DNA of 64,000 bases from Chlamydiales bacterium (GTDB taxonomy: Bacteria > Chlamydiota > Chlamydiia > Chlamydiales > VFKH01): contig JARLHF010000049.1 of NCBI GenBank assembly GCA_031292375.1, positions 71,821 through 135,820 of the forward strand. The letters run 5' to 3'. The notes beneath the pieces are model-generated. The model was not told the DNA's origin and did no database searches. It saw only the letters and a program-made list of their open reading frames with translations. Of this stretch, positions 50,542 through 61,100 are shown in pieces. A program made the position numbers and the translations under genes. The stretch's first letter is position 1, and every line of letters starts with the position of its first letter.

Positions 50542-51636
50542 TCACGTTGCGTTTAAATTGCTCAATTTTAAGAATTCTTCTTCCAAATGAAAATCATTAG
50601 GATACCATAAAGGCAATTGCCCAACACTTGGTGCATTAGCAATCTTCCAAGCCTCCCTTCTCATTTTCCCTAGGGCTTCAGAAGCTCTTTTTTTCTCCAG
50701 TTCTTTAACTCTAAAAGCTTCTTCTTCCCTTAACCTTGCAACAATCTCTTCGTCAGACACTAATTTATTCATCTGCTCCGAATAAGGATCCCATACAGCA
50801 CGTATTTCCCTAATTTTCTCTTCTAATTGTTGTTTAGAAATTTCAGGCCCCTTTTGTAAAACATGTGTTACAAATTCTAAAAGTTGACGAGTCACTACTA
50901 TTGATTGTTGTTGTTCCAGCTTTCTTTCAGATTTAATCAGGTTGGGTAAATAATCCCTATGAACTGTATTTACATATCCTCTAATTTGCTTTTCTATCCA
51001 TATTCTGAACATCATGCCATCAGGTTTTTGTTCTAACAATCCTTCATTTATAAGCATTAATTTATTTAGTTCTTCATCTAACTCCCTGCGTAATTGAAAA
51101 AAGTCTACAAATGCTGGGGCCATTTCCATTGACTCTGTCAATGAAGGAGGATCCTGGGGGAAAGAAACTTCTAAAATGCTACTCAATGACAACAAGTTTG
51201 AATCCGTCATAGAGGTATTTAAAGAATCTGTCATTACCCCATCTTGTAGTTGTTCAGAAGATGAAACTAGAGAAGGTCTACCTACAAAAAACTCTTGTAA
51301 AATGCCTTCTATTAATGAACTTACAACTTGTTTATTTTCTTCATGAATTGTATCTGGTTGAGTTCCTGGACTAGATAGTATTGAAGGATCAATATGCTTA
51401 ATTGGTGTTACACTCTGTTCGATCTTCTTCTTTGAAAACAAACTAAAAATCTTTAAAAACCCACTTAAGATGCGATCTACGATTTGTGTAATAATGGATC
51501 TAAGACCCTCTACAATAGAATAAACAAATGCAGTAAAAGGGCTTCTATTCACAATCTTCTCTACAGGTCCTATGATTACTAAAGATGTTTGTGTACTATT
51601 TTGAGTGGATAAATTATCGATGCTTTTCATGAACAT
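50542..51636 (-). CDS. Hypothetical protein
   Basis: 364 aa. The N-terminus is polar and followed by an amphipathic segment. The C-terminal half is predicted coiled-coil and rich in Glu, Lys and Arg. No family recognised. Confidence 0.5.
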   Translation of the reverse strand: MFMKSIDNLSTQNSTQTSLVIIGPVEKIVNRSPFTAFVYSIVEGLRSIITQIVDRILSGFLKIFSLFSKKKIEQSVTPIKHIDPSILSSPGTQPDTIHEENKQVVSSLIEGILQEFFVGRPSLVSSSEQLQDGVMTDSLNTSMTDSNLLSLSSILEVSFPQDPPSLTESMEMAPAFVDFFQLRRELDEELNKLMLINEGLLEQKPDGMMFRIWIEKQIRGYVNTVHRDYLPNLIKSERKLEQQQSIVVTRQLLEFVTHVLQKGPEISKQQLEEKIREIRAVWDPYSEQMNKLVSDEEIVARLREEEAFRVKELEKKRASEALGKMRREAWKIANAPSVGQLPLWYPNDFHLEEEFLKLSNLNAT

Positions 51637-51724
51637 CCTTAAAATTTAAATATTGTTATAACCCATAGAGCGTAACACAATTTAATATTTAAGAATGCGT
51701 AAATTTTAAAAAATATGTAAAGAT

Positions 51725-54700
51725 CTAAGACTGAGTAATTGAAAACAAAGAGAGCCACTCTTCTCTTGTAAGTTGTTTTAAAAGAGCCTCATCATCCGTA
51801 CCAATTACATCTTCCATAAGGCCTGCCTTCTTTTGAATAAGCATTGCAATATGCTCTTCAATTGTGCCTTTTGTTATAAGTTTAAAAACTTGAACACCTC
51901 GTTTTTGACCCATGCGATAGACCCGGTCCGTTGCTTGGTTTTCTCTTGCGGCATTCCACCAGCGATCATAGTGAATTACAACACTTGCAGCAGTAAGCTC
52001 TACTCCAAGACCTACTGCTTGAAGGGATCCCAAAAATACCATACACTTTGGATCCTCATGAAAACGCCTAAGTTCCTCCTCCCTATTTCTAGTGCTCCCT
52101 CGAATCGATGCAAAACTAATCCCTACCTCATTAAAATAGGTCTGCATAATATCTAACATGCCAAGATAATGCGAAAATACAACAACTTTCTGTTCACTAT
52201 CCAAAGCTTCTTGTAATAGCTCTACAAATAAATTCCATTTACCCGACTCAAACTCTTTATAGCGAGATGGATCCTTAAGAAACACTGCTGGATGATCGCA
52301 AATTTGTTTAAGCTTTCCAAGGAGTGCAAAAAGAGAAAGATAAGGTATTGGTTTTGCATCATTTTCCAATTCAGAAGAGAGTGTCTGTTTTGCTTGAATG
52401 AGCATCTGCTCATAAAGCCTTTCTTGATCCTCCAAAAGCTCTGCAAAGGCCTCTTCTTCTGTTTTTTCTGGAAGCTCAAGAAGCACATCAGTCTTTTTTC
52501 TTCTAAGCACAAAGGGCTTAACAAAGCGATTCAATTGTTCTCTTGGCTTTGTTTCATGCAATTTTTCAATAGGAATAACAAAGAGTTCTCGGAAAAGATC
52601 TTCACTTGGCATGTAAGAGGGCATGACTAAATCAAACAAAGACTTTAGCTCCCTCAAGCGATTTTCAATAGGTGTTCCAGTAAGCCCTAGCTTCATCTTG
52701 GCCTTTAGCGCAAGAAGAGCTTTGTGAGTTAAGCTTTGATGGTTTTTTGCAATTTGCACCTCATCAAATACAGTTAACTCAAAAGATATTTTTACAAGCT
52801 GTTTAAGCTCAACCCTCAAGATGCCATAAGAAGTAAGTAGTAAATCATAATCCTTTTCAAATAGGCTTATATCCCTATTTTGCCCATACAACGTAAAAAT
52901 ACGCAAATGCGGCAAGAACATCTTTAACTTCTCTTGCCAGTGAAAAATTACGGATGTTGGACATGCAACCAAAAATTTTGCTCTATTACCTGTATGTGAG
53001 CTAATAGCAGCGATTAAGGCCATAGCCTGATGCGTCTTTCCAAGACCCATATCATCGCATAAAAGACCTGACAACTTTTGCGTATACAAAAACCAAAGCC
53101 ACTTAACACCCATCTCTTGATAAGCTCTCAACGTGCTTTTAAGCGAAGAAATATCGAGTGGCACACTACTTTGAAAATGCAAAATCTCTTGCCATAATAT
53201 ATGCTGACTTTTCTCTTCAAAAAGCTCTCTAACTTCTTCAAAAAGTTGCAATTTGAGCACATGGAAAGCACTTAAACATAGCAGATCACAAGCCTCTTGA
53301 ATTTGATACTTCTCAAATTGTAAAAGCCACTCAAAGCGCATATCTTGCAGGTCAATAAGCCCAACATCTGTAAAAAGAAAACGCTCATTTCTTTTTAAAG
53401 CCTTCCAAATGTCATTACAGTGTACAGCACCACGCTCTGTCTTATATACAAAATGAATAAGGAATTCCCCTTCATCTTGCTTTCTAAATTCATGTAATTC
53501 TAACTTAAGCTCTTTTGGTTTTTGTAATCTCGGATCCAAAAACGCTATATAAGGCATAAGCCCCTCTAGCTCGGTAGACAGAAAAAAATCCCTTTCATTT
53601 TTAGGGATGATCTTTTCTTGCTGATAAGCAAAGGGCAGTCGAATAGAAAGAGAAGTCCTTGAAAATCCCTCACCTCTTACAAAAACAAAATCCTCAAAAA
53701 ATTTTAAATCAGACAGCTTATAACCTGTTGCAAACAGATAAGAAGGGGTTATTTTTATAGATAAATTCTTCTCAAGTGTAATTTTTAATTGAACTGTTTG
53801 AATAGGACTTGACGAGCTAAAAAAACCAGGAACCATTTCTAATTCATCTTCATGCACATGAATAAAAAATGAAATATCTTTTGAAGCAATGCTCATACCA
53901 TTTTGGATAAAAAAACAGAGCCCTTCTTGATGCTTCGCATAAAAACCTTTATTCTCTATATAAATCCATTTATCAAAATCTTTTATCTCTTCTTTTTCAT
54001 TTTCCAAATCATGCTCAGAAAAAAAGCGAAGTACATCTGACTCATCTAAGATATAATTTAAGTTAGCCCTAACACTTGTTAAATGTGTCTGGAAACCTTC
54101 CTTTGAATCTAACCAGACTTTATTTTCGCTAACAAAGTCACCCACATATTTCTTAGGAATAATTAGACTCAAATATTTCCTGTCTTGAACTTTATAAAAT
54201 CCATCATCTTCTAAATAGATCCAAGAGCCAAACAACTGACTATTTACACGTTGTAAATCTCCTGTCTCTTTTAAATAAGCCTGAATATGCAGTGCATCAA
54301 GACCATCAAAAAAAATATAATAAGAAGGCCTTATCTCATCCTTGTATAGATTAAAGCCTTGTAAATGCTTTTCAATCAAAATTATATGCTTGTTAAGTAC
54401 ATCTTCAATATCATCTCTTTCAACATAATTTTTACTAAAAACAGGATCCTTTTCATCCATAAAAAAGCCCTGTCTTGGAATGTATTGCCACTCTCCTATG
54501 GGTATGCTTTTAACCACGTCTTTTTTATCAAATTCCACGCTATACGTGTCTGTTAAATCTCTTTCAATAACTAAACGAACATTTTCTTGATCATATAAAA
54601 TTTTATCGATTTTCTCATAAGAGCTTGCGCATACCTTTAGAGGAGACGAAACTGTTAAAAGCGCAGGTATACATGTTTCTAAATCTGTAAATGCAACATA

Positions 54701-55360
54701 AAAAAAAAGCAAGAACGCATCAAATGCAGCTTCTATGCCCTTTGGAACTTCGTGCTTAGAATAGACAAACTGAATAGCATAATTTGCATGTCCCTCTTGA
54801 AGCAAAAACAAATGCTTTGCAAGATCACACCAAAAAGAAAGCTCATAAGCAAGTTTAAAGGCAGGTCTTCCCTCCTTCCATAGCAACAACTCTTCATCAG
54901 AAATCCTCGAAAACTTCAAGGAAGACTTCTCCGTCTCTTTGACACGCTCATGTATATTCTTTTCTAGCCAATCTTTAGATTCTGGCAATAATGCACTTAT
55001 AGAAAAGAGCGGTTTACCTGTAAGCGATAAGCATTCATAAGCTGAGGGCTTCACTCGTATTATATTGTCAGAAGAAGTGCCAATGCGAAGAGCCACATTT
55101 TTACAAAGAATATTCCATAGTGAATTTCTAAAGCGTACATGAAGAGGATGAAACGATCGATTATAAACATGCTTTTTTGCAGCTAATATATGTACACAAG
55201 CATCTTCTTGATCGCTGCATTCACAAATTGCATCTACAAGCATATCTTCATCATTAAATTGCAATACTATCCAGTATTCCTTCTGGAGAGATGTGTCCGA
55301 TACCAGCAGCTGATAGGCGCCCTGGCTTGAAAATTCCATCTCTTTTACGACTAATGTCAT
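51725..55360 (-). CDS. SWIM zinc-finger / SNF2-family helicase, second paralogue
   Basis: 1211 aa. The SWIM motif is CECSDQEDACVHILAA. SNF2 motifs are LLCDDMGLGKTHQ, VFDEVQIAKN and LTGTPIENR. Helicase C motifs are SLQAVGLGVELT and WWNAARENQATDRVYRMGQ. Confidence 0.9.
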   Translation of the reverse strand: MTLVVKEMEFSSQGAYQLLVSDTSLQKEYWIVLQFNDEDMLVDAICECSDQEDACVHILAAKKHVYNRSFHPLHVRFRNSLWNILCKNVALRIGTSSDNIIRVKPSAYECLSLTGKPLFSISALLPESKDWLEKNIHERVKETEKSSLKFSRISDEELLLWKEGRPAFKLAYELSFWCDLAKHLFLLQEGHANYAIQFVYSKHEVPKGIEAAFDAFLLFFYVAFTDLETCIPALLTVSSPLKVCASSYEKIDKILYDQENVRLVIERDLTDTYSVEFDKKDVVKSIPIGEWQYIPRQGFFMDEKDPVFSKNYVERDDIEDVLNKHIILIEKHLQGFNLYKDEIRPSYYIFFDGLDALHIQAYLKETGDLQRVNSQLFGSWIYLEDDGFYKVQDRKYLSLIIPKKYVGDFVSENKVWLDSKEGFQTHLTSVRANLNYILDESDVLRFFSEHDLENEKEEIKDFDKWIYIENKGFYAKHQEGLCFFIQNGMSIASKDISFFIHVHEDELEMVPGFFSSSSPIQTVQLKITLEKNLSIKITPSYLFATGYKLSDLKFFEDFVFVRGEGFSRTSLSIRLPFAYQQEKIIPKNERDFFLSTELEGLMPYIAFLDPRLQKPKELKLELHEFRKQDEGEFLIHFVYKTERGAVHCNDIWKALKRNERFLFTDVGLIDLQDMRFEWLLQFEKYQIQEACDLLCLSAFHVLKLQLFEEVRELFEEKSQHILWQEILHFQSSVPLDISSLKSTLRAYQEMGVKWLWFLYTQKLSGLLCDDMGLGKTHQAMALIAAISSHTGNRAKFLVACPTSVIFHWQEKLKMFLPHLRIFTLYGQNRDISLFEKDYDLLLTSYGILRVELKQLVKISFELTVFDEVQIAKNHQSLTHKALLALKAKMKLGLTGTPIENRLRELKSLFDLVMPSYMPSEDLFRELFVIPIEKLHETKPREQLNRFVKPFVLRRKKTDVLLELPEKTEEEAFAELLEDQERLYEQMLIQAKQTLSSELENDAKPIPYLSLFALLGKLKQICDHPAVFLKDPSRYKEFESGKWNLFVELLQEALDSEQKVVVFSHYLGMLDIMQTYFNEVGISFASIRGSTRNREEELRRFHEDPKCMVFLGSLQAVGLGVELTAASVVIHYDRWWNAARENQATDRVYRMGQKRGVQVFKLITKGTIEEHIAMLIQKKAGLMEDVIGTDDEALLKQLTREEWLSLFSITQS

Positions 55361-58111
55361 CTAATTTCCATTTAAAACAAGTGTTAAACCAGGGGGCAAT
55401 TGATCACCAAAAAGTTCTTCTTGCTCTACAAGCTCTAAACTTTGCACTTCTTTTAAAAGATGGTACAACCTCTCATAGCAAGGATGATGGGCTATTTGCA
55501 CAAGAATGGAGGAGATAAGCTCTTCTGGCATATTCAACTCTTTTCTCTCTACCTTTCTTGCCAGTTTTTCAATGAGATCTACTTTAGCTGAAAAATCCAT
55601 TGTCTTTACGTCCAAAATAGTTTCCAACCAACTAGCAACAATTTTGCTTGGTATTGCATGAATAAAAGATGAGGTAAGATGCGCTCTTGTGCCAAGCCTT
55701 CCAATAGCCCATAAATCTACATCTAAAGCTTTACCCTCTACAACACGTTTGACTAGCAAATTACCAAGTCGTACTTTTTGATCCAAGTTAATGCATTCCA
55801 AGGAAGCTATTAAACGAAGACTCTCTGCATATTCGTAAGGGTTCATTTTATTTTTAGAAGCACTTTTTTGTTCAAGCTGTAAAAATAAGGCAGGCAAAAC
55901 TTCACTTGCAAGCTGCAACTGCTGCCCTTTGTTAAGGCCTCCTGCAATTCTTCTATAACAAATCCATCTTTGTATAACAACATCAACAGGCTTTTGCTTT
56001 TTATATTCTGCTAAAATAAGCTTCCAAAGCTCTTTTATACGAAAATCATCTAAAGGATATCCAAGACCTGGACGCAAAAAAAACCCAAGCAGATTCCATG
56101 CACGAACTTCTCTATGTATGGAAGCAAAAAAATCTGTTTTTAGCTCCAAAAGAGCATCAAATAAACCTCTTAAAACACTTGGAGGCCAAAGTTGCTTAGG
56201 GGTTCCAAGAACACTTTCTAATTCAACTACAATATTTTTAGGATCTCTACAAAATTGCTCTTTAAGAAGCCAAGCAGCCTTTTGTAAATGTTCTACTTCA
56301 TGCGTTTCGTCCATTCTTTTTTTCTCAAGAGAATCTATTGCATTCTCTTTTCCCTCATGACTTTTTATCTGAAATTCTAAAAGCCATTTATGCTCAGATT
56401 GCACTGATTGTAACCAAAGCTGTACGATACCAATTGGAGTAAGCTCTGCACACAAATGCACTTGAATGGGCCCAACACTTTTTCCATAGCGAAGTACTGT
56501 TTGGATAGGTGGCAAAAAAAGCATATCTCCAGGAACAATTGTTAAAACATCTCCCGACACATCTTGCAGTCGCACATTAGAACTCATCAGCTGAAAACTA
56601 ATAGGAGAGCCTGCTTTTGCAATAAACTCATGCTTTGATTCATAAATAAAACCATCTTCTTCTCCTTTTACAAGCAATGCTAAAGCCTTTTTTTCTTTAT
56701 TTTCATATGTATCTTTGCACTCAATTTCTAAATAATAAGACCTTGCAAGACCTGCCTTAATTTTTATACCAAGACCTCTTTGTACCCGACCAAAATAGGC
56801 AGATCCCCTTGCAACAGCAAGATCCAAGCTTGTACTTACAAGCTCTTCTGGAACCGCTACATTGAACCATTGAGAAATAGATCTTAAAACAGCATTCCTA
56901 AAAAGCTCTGGCTTTGTGCTTCCTCCATTGAAAAGCACATGCGTTGGAACTTTTTTATTTATATGAAGAAATTCTGCTAAATGCTTTAGAATGGAGGGTT
57001 CTGCTTCAAAATCAAGGCTCAAAGGACGAATACCCGATTTTTTCTTTAACTTCAAAGCCTCTTCAAAAGGTTCTTCCTTAAAAAAACCCTCTTTTAGAAA
57101 GTCTATGACCTCTTCTTTTTTTACATCCAAGCCTACACTGCCAGAAATTACTTTAGAGCCTTTTCCTTGAAAAAACAGAGAGATTTTTTCCCTTGCTTGC
57201 AAAGAGAAAAATTCCTCTTTTGCATTTCTTGCAAGCAATGTAAGCTGAAGCTGTTGCTCTATATCCAATTTTCCATTAATTTTTCCTTCAAGATAATGAG
57301 CAAGAGCAAAATCCATATTATCACCTCCAAGTAAGAGATGATTACCAACAGCCATACGTTGAAAGCCCAAGTTACCAGAAGATACACTCACTTCAATCAA
57401 GCTAAAATCTGTAGTTCCACCGCCAATATCGACAACAAGTACAACGTCATTTTCTTGAAATTTGGTGATTGCACTTTTTTCATTAGCGCAAATCCAGCTA
57501 TAAAATGCAGCTTGTGGCTCCTCTAAAAGTGTAACCTTAGAGAGCCCTGCCATTTTTGCAGCTTCTATTGTAAGTACCCTTGCAACTTCATCAAAAGAGG
57601 CAGGCACTGTCAATATAATATCTTGCTCTTCAAACTCAGCTGCCAGATCTCCTTTTGCAATTGATGCATTCCAACTCTCAATAATATGACGCAGATACAA
57701 AGCACTTGCTTCTACTGGGCTCAAGCGTCTAGTTACATCAAAACACTCGGGAGGAAGAATTTTTTCTCTTCGGTAAGCCGATGCATTACAAAGCCAGCTT
57801 TTTGCCGACTGCACGAGCTTAGTAGGGGTTTTCACCCCTTCATCCTTGGCAAAATATCCAACAACATTTCTTTTTTCAACTCCCCAAGGAAGCTCTAAAG
57901 AGCCTTTTGGAAATTCTTGATCTCCTGCAAGGTAACAAAATGAAGGCAGGAGCTCTTTTGACTCAATGAGCCCTGGCATTGTTAATTGCGGTATTAAAAA
58001 AGTGCGTATATGTTTTCCGGAAAAATGCTCATTTTTCGTATCCACATAGGCAACAGAACAGTTTGTTGTTCCAAGATCAATACCTATGATATAGCGAGAA
58101 TGTATACGCAT
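55361..58111 (-). CDS. Atypical Hsp70-family ATPase (916 aa): a DnaK-like nucleotide-binding domain plus a ~460-aa non-canonical C-terminal region
   Basis: NBD motifs are IIGIDLGTTNCSVAY, VVLVVDIGGGTTDFSLIEV, LLLGGDNMDFAL and VLFNGGSTKPELF. The C-terminal half does not resemble the DnaK substrate-binding domain as far as I can judge. Its stop (55361-55363) abuts the SNF2 ATG (55360). Confidence 0.8.
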   Translation of the reverse strand: MRIHSRYIIGIDLGTTNCSVAYVDTKNEHFSGKHIRTFLIPQLTMPGLIESKELLPSFCYLAGDQEFPKGSLELPWGVEKRNVVGYFAKDEGVKTPTKLVQSAKSWLCNASAYRREKILPPECFDVTRRLSPVEASALYLRHIIESWNASIAKGDLAAEFEEQDIILTVPASFDEVARVLTIEAAKMAGLSKVTLLEEPQAAFYSWICANEKSAITKFQENDVVLVVDIGGGTTDFSLIEVSVSSGNLGFQRMAVGNHLLLGGDNMDFALAHYLEGKINGKLDIEQQLQLTLLARNAKEEFFSLQAREKISLFFQGKGSKVISGSVGLDVKKEEVIDFLKEGFFKEEPFEEALKLKKKSGIRPLSLDFEAEPSILKHLAEFLHINKKVPTHVLFNGGSTKPELFRNAVLRSISQWFNVAVPEELVSTSLDLAVARGSAYFGRVQRGLGIKIKAGLARSYYLEIECKDTYENKEKKALALLVKGEEDGFIYESKHEFIAKAGSPISFQLMSSNVRLQDVSGDVLTIVPGDMLFLPPIQTVLRYGKSVGPIQVHLCAELTPIGIVQLWLQSVQSEHKWLLEFQIKSHEGKENAIDSLEKKRMDETHEVEHLQKAAWLLKEQFCRDPKNIVVELESVLGTPKQLWPPSVLRGLFDALLELKTDFFASIHREVRAWNLLGFFLRPGLGYPLDDFRIKELWKLILAEYKKQKPVDVVIQRWICYRRIAGGLNKGQQLQLASEVLPALFLQLEQKSASKNKMNPYEYAESLRLIASLECINLDQKVRLGNLLVKRVVEGKALDVDLWAIGRLGTRAHLTSSFIHAIPSKIVASWLETILDVKTMDFSAKVDLIEKLARKVERKELNMPEELISSILVQIAHHPCYERLYHLLKEVQSLELVEQEELFGDQLPPGLTLVLNGN

Positions 58112-58113
58112 AA

Positions 58114-61100
58114 TTAATTACAACTGCTGACGGCGGCTTCGAATTCTAGTGATAATAATTTTGAAACCCCTTTTTCCTCCATGGAAATACCCAAAAGCAA
58201 ATCTGCAATGGACATGGTTCTCTTATTGTGGGTAATCACGATAAACTGAGTCTTGGAAGAAAACAGCCTTAACATACGTGTAAATCGATCCACATTCATT
58301 TCATCGAGCGGTGCATCCACTTCATCAAGCAAACAAAATGCGGAAGGTTTTACTTCAAAAATTGCAAAAAGTAGTGCAAGAGCCGTTAAACACTTTTCTC
58401 CACCAGATAAAAGCAAAATAGAGCGCATCTCTTTTCCAGGGGGTTTTGCTATAATATCCACACCCGATTCTAAAGGGTCTTGATGGTTGGTAAGACGCAA
58501 ATCTGCATCTCCCCCCTCAAACAATAGCTGAAAATTCTTTTTAAAATTATCACGTATCAAATTAAAGGTATTTGTAAATAGTTTTAAACTCTCATCATCC
58601 AGTTTTGCAATAATCTTCATAAGCTCATCTTTAGATGCTTTTAAATCCAATAGCTGTCCATTTAAAAACTGCTCTTGCTCTTTTTGCTTTTCATACTCAT
58701 CAATTGCTGCAAGGTTTACATCTTTTTCTTTTGCAAGCATTTCTTTAAGGCTACCACTCTCTTTTTGCAGCTCTTGAATGTTCTTCTCATCCAAAATACT
58801 TTCTTGATCTAAACTCTCTAACTCCATACCCATCCCTTGCATCTGTTCTTCAATGGATGTACGCGTTGCTTGCTCTTGAACAAGATGCAATTGAAGTTGG
58901 TGAATTTGTTCTTCCTCTTTCTTTTGTCTTTCATTAAAAAGCTTAAGTTCTTTTTCTACCTCTTTACAAAGGATATTTTGTGCATCCAACTCTTGTTTTA
59001 AAAGTTGAAAAACACCCTCTTGCTCTACGAGCGATACTTTTAATAAGGTAATCTCTTCTTCCAACCCCTTAATTGTCTCTTTAAATGCATCTTTTCTGCT
59101 ACATATAGCTTGAAGATCATTTACCAGACGCTCTTCTTGTTCCACATGCTCTTTTTGGGTTACAGAAAAGATATCGATAGAACGCTTATAATTTTGCCTC
59201 TCTTCTTCACTTTTCTTAAAAAGGTTTTCTTTAGATTTTAGATCAACTTCTTTAGACTTTAGATCCTCTTGAAGTGCGTTAAGAGCGTCTTCTAAAGCTT
59301 GGAACTGTTTTGACTTATCATCAAACACATGTTTAACATCTGCTTCTTGGTCGATCCATTTGAGCAGTAATCTAGAAACTTCTTCCAAACTATCTTCTAG
59401 CTTTTTCTTTTCTTGTATGTTGTTTTGCAAATCCCTATTAAAACGCTCCTTATCAGAGAGCACTCTTTGCAAACCAAAATTTGCCTCTACAAGCTTCATT
59501 TCCAGCTGACGAAGCTCTTTTTCAAATAAACCCTTTTTTTGAATTACATCTTCTTTTTTAGTATTATGCTCTCTTATTTCTACTGCTATAGAAGACAGCT
59601 TTTCTTGTAATAGCTGAATCTCCTTTTCAAATTCCTTTACTCTAGCCTCTCTTAAAAAAGTATTTTTCTCTCCAGAGACTGGAAAAAAGAGCACTTTTTT
59701 ATGGTCTAGGAAATACCCTTCTTTAGAAGTAAGCTCAAAGCCTTCTCTTGCAAACAAAGAAGACTCTTCTGCAAGCTGTGTAGATGCAAAAAAGTGCTTT
59801 GCAATCGGCTCTTTTGTAATATGCTCTAAAAGGGTATGAGCTTGCTTTACATCCCTCGTATCTATATCTTCCAAACAAAAGATGGAAAATTCTTTAATTC
59901 CCTGCTCTTTTGCAAAATGAAGGACCCTATTCAAATGCTCTTTACTTTCTACAACAAGCGTCTCTGTATAAACCCGAAGTAGTGGCCCCAAAGCCTTTTC
60001 AAAAGTGCTATCAGCATGAATCATTTCATAAAGAGGCCTAATAAGCCCAAATAAAGAAGAAGACTTCTGTTTTGATTCCTGTAAAAGCCTTTTAGAACCC
60101 TTAGAAATCCCTTCAAAATCATCTTTTAATGCCAAAAGAGCCTTTCTCTTGGCAGAAAATTCGTGATGAGCTTTTTGCAACTCATTTTCTTGCAGATTAA
60201 GCTCTTTTATCCTCTTTTCACTCGCAGCAACTTCTGCAATACATGTTATAAGATCTTTCTTTCTAACATCAATTTCTTTAGAAAGGGCTTCAAAAGTATC
60301 TCTTTTCTCTTTTTCATTATTTAAACACTCTTTAAGTTGTGTTTGAATTCGCTCTTCATCATAGCGCAAATAAGAACACCTCTCTTGTCCTGTTTCCAAG
60401 CGAAGACGCTTTTCTTGTAACTCTCTTTGAAACTTACTCTCACTCTGAGCAAGCTTTAAAAGCTCTTGCTGCAGCTCTTTTTGACGCATTCTAAGAGGAT
60501 TTTCTTCTGTTTTCAATGTAATAAACTGAGTTTCTGCAGCTTTAAAACAACACGCAATCTCTTCAAGTTCTTTTTCTCGAGAAAAAAAGTGCTCCTTAAT
60601 CTGCAAGTGTTCTACAAGCTTACTTTCTTGTTTCTTTTTCAAGGCAAGTTGATCTTCTAAAAGCCTTTTTTCTCTCTCAAAAAGCTCCTCTCTTTGCTTT
60701 TTTTCACTTCCAAGCAAGGATCGCTTTAACTCTTCATTTGCTTTGATACGATTTTTTTTATCTTTGGAATCAACTAAAGCACTCTCTTTTTCTTTTAAAG
60801 AAGACTTTAACGATTTCTCTTTCTCAGAAATAGAAGCAAGAGATTCTTTAACAATTTGCAGACGATCCGTTATCTCTCTACTTTCTCTTAAATAACTAGC
60901 CTCTTCTCTTTTACAAGAGTACCATTTAATCATTAAAATTTGCTTTTCAACAAATTCAAGACGCGTCTTACTCTCTTTGTAAATACGAGCAACTTTTGCC
61001 TGACTTTCAAGCAATTCTTTTTGCTCAAATACCATATGGTGAATATCTTCTGCACGAGCTAAATTCTCTGCTACTTGCTCTAACTTCTTCAGCGTTTCTC

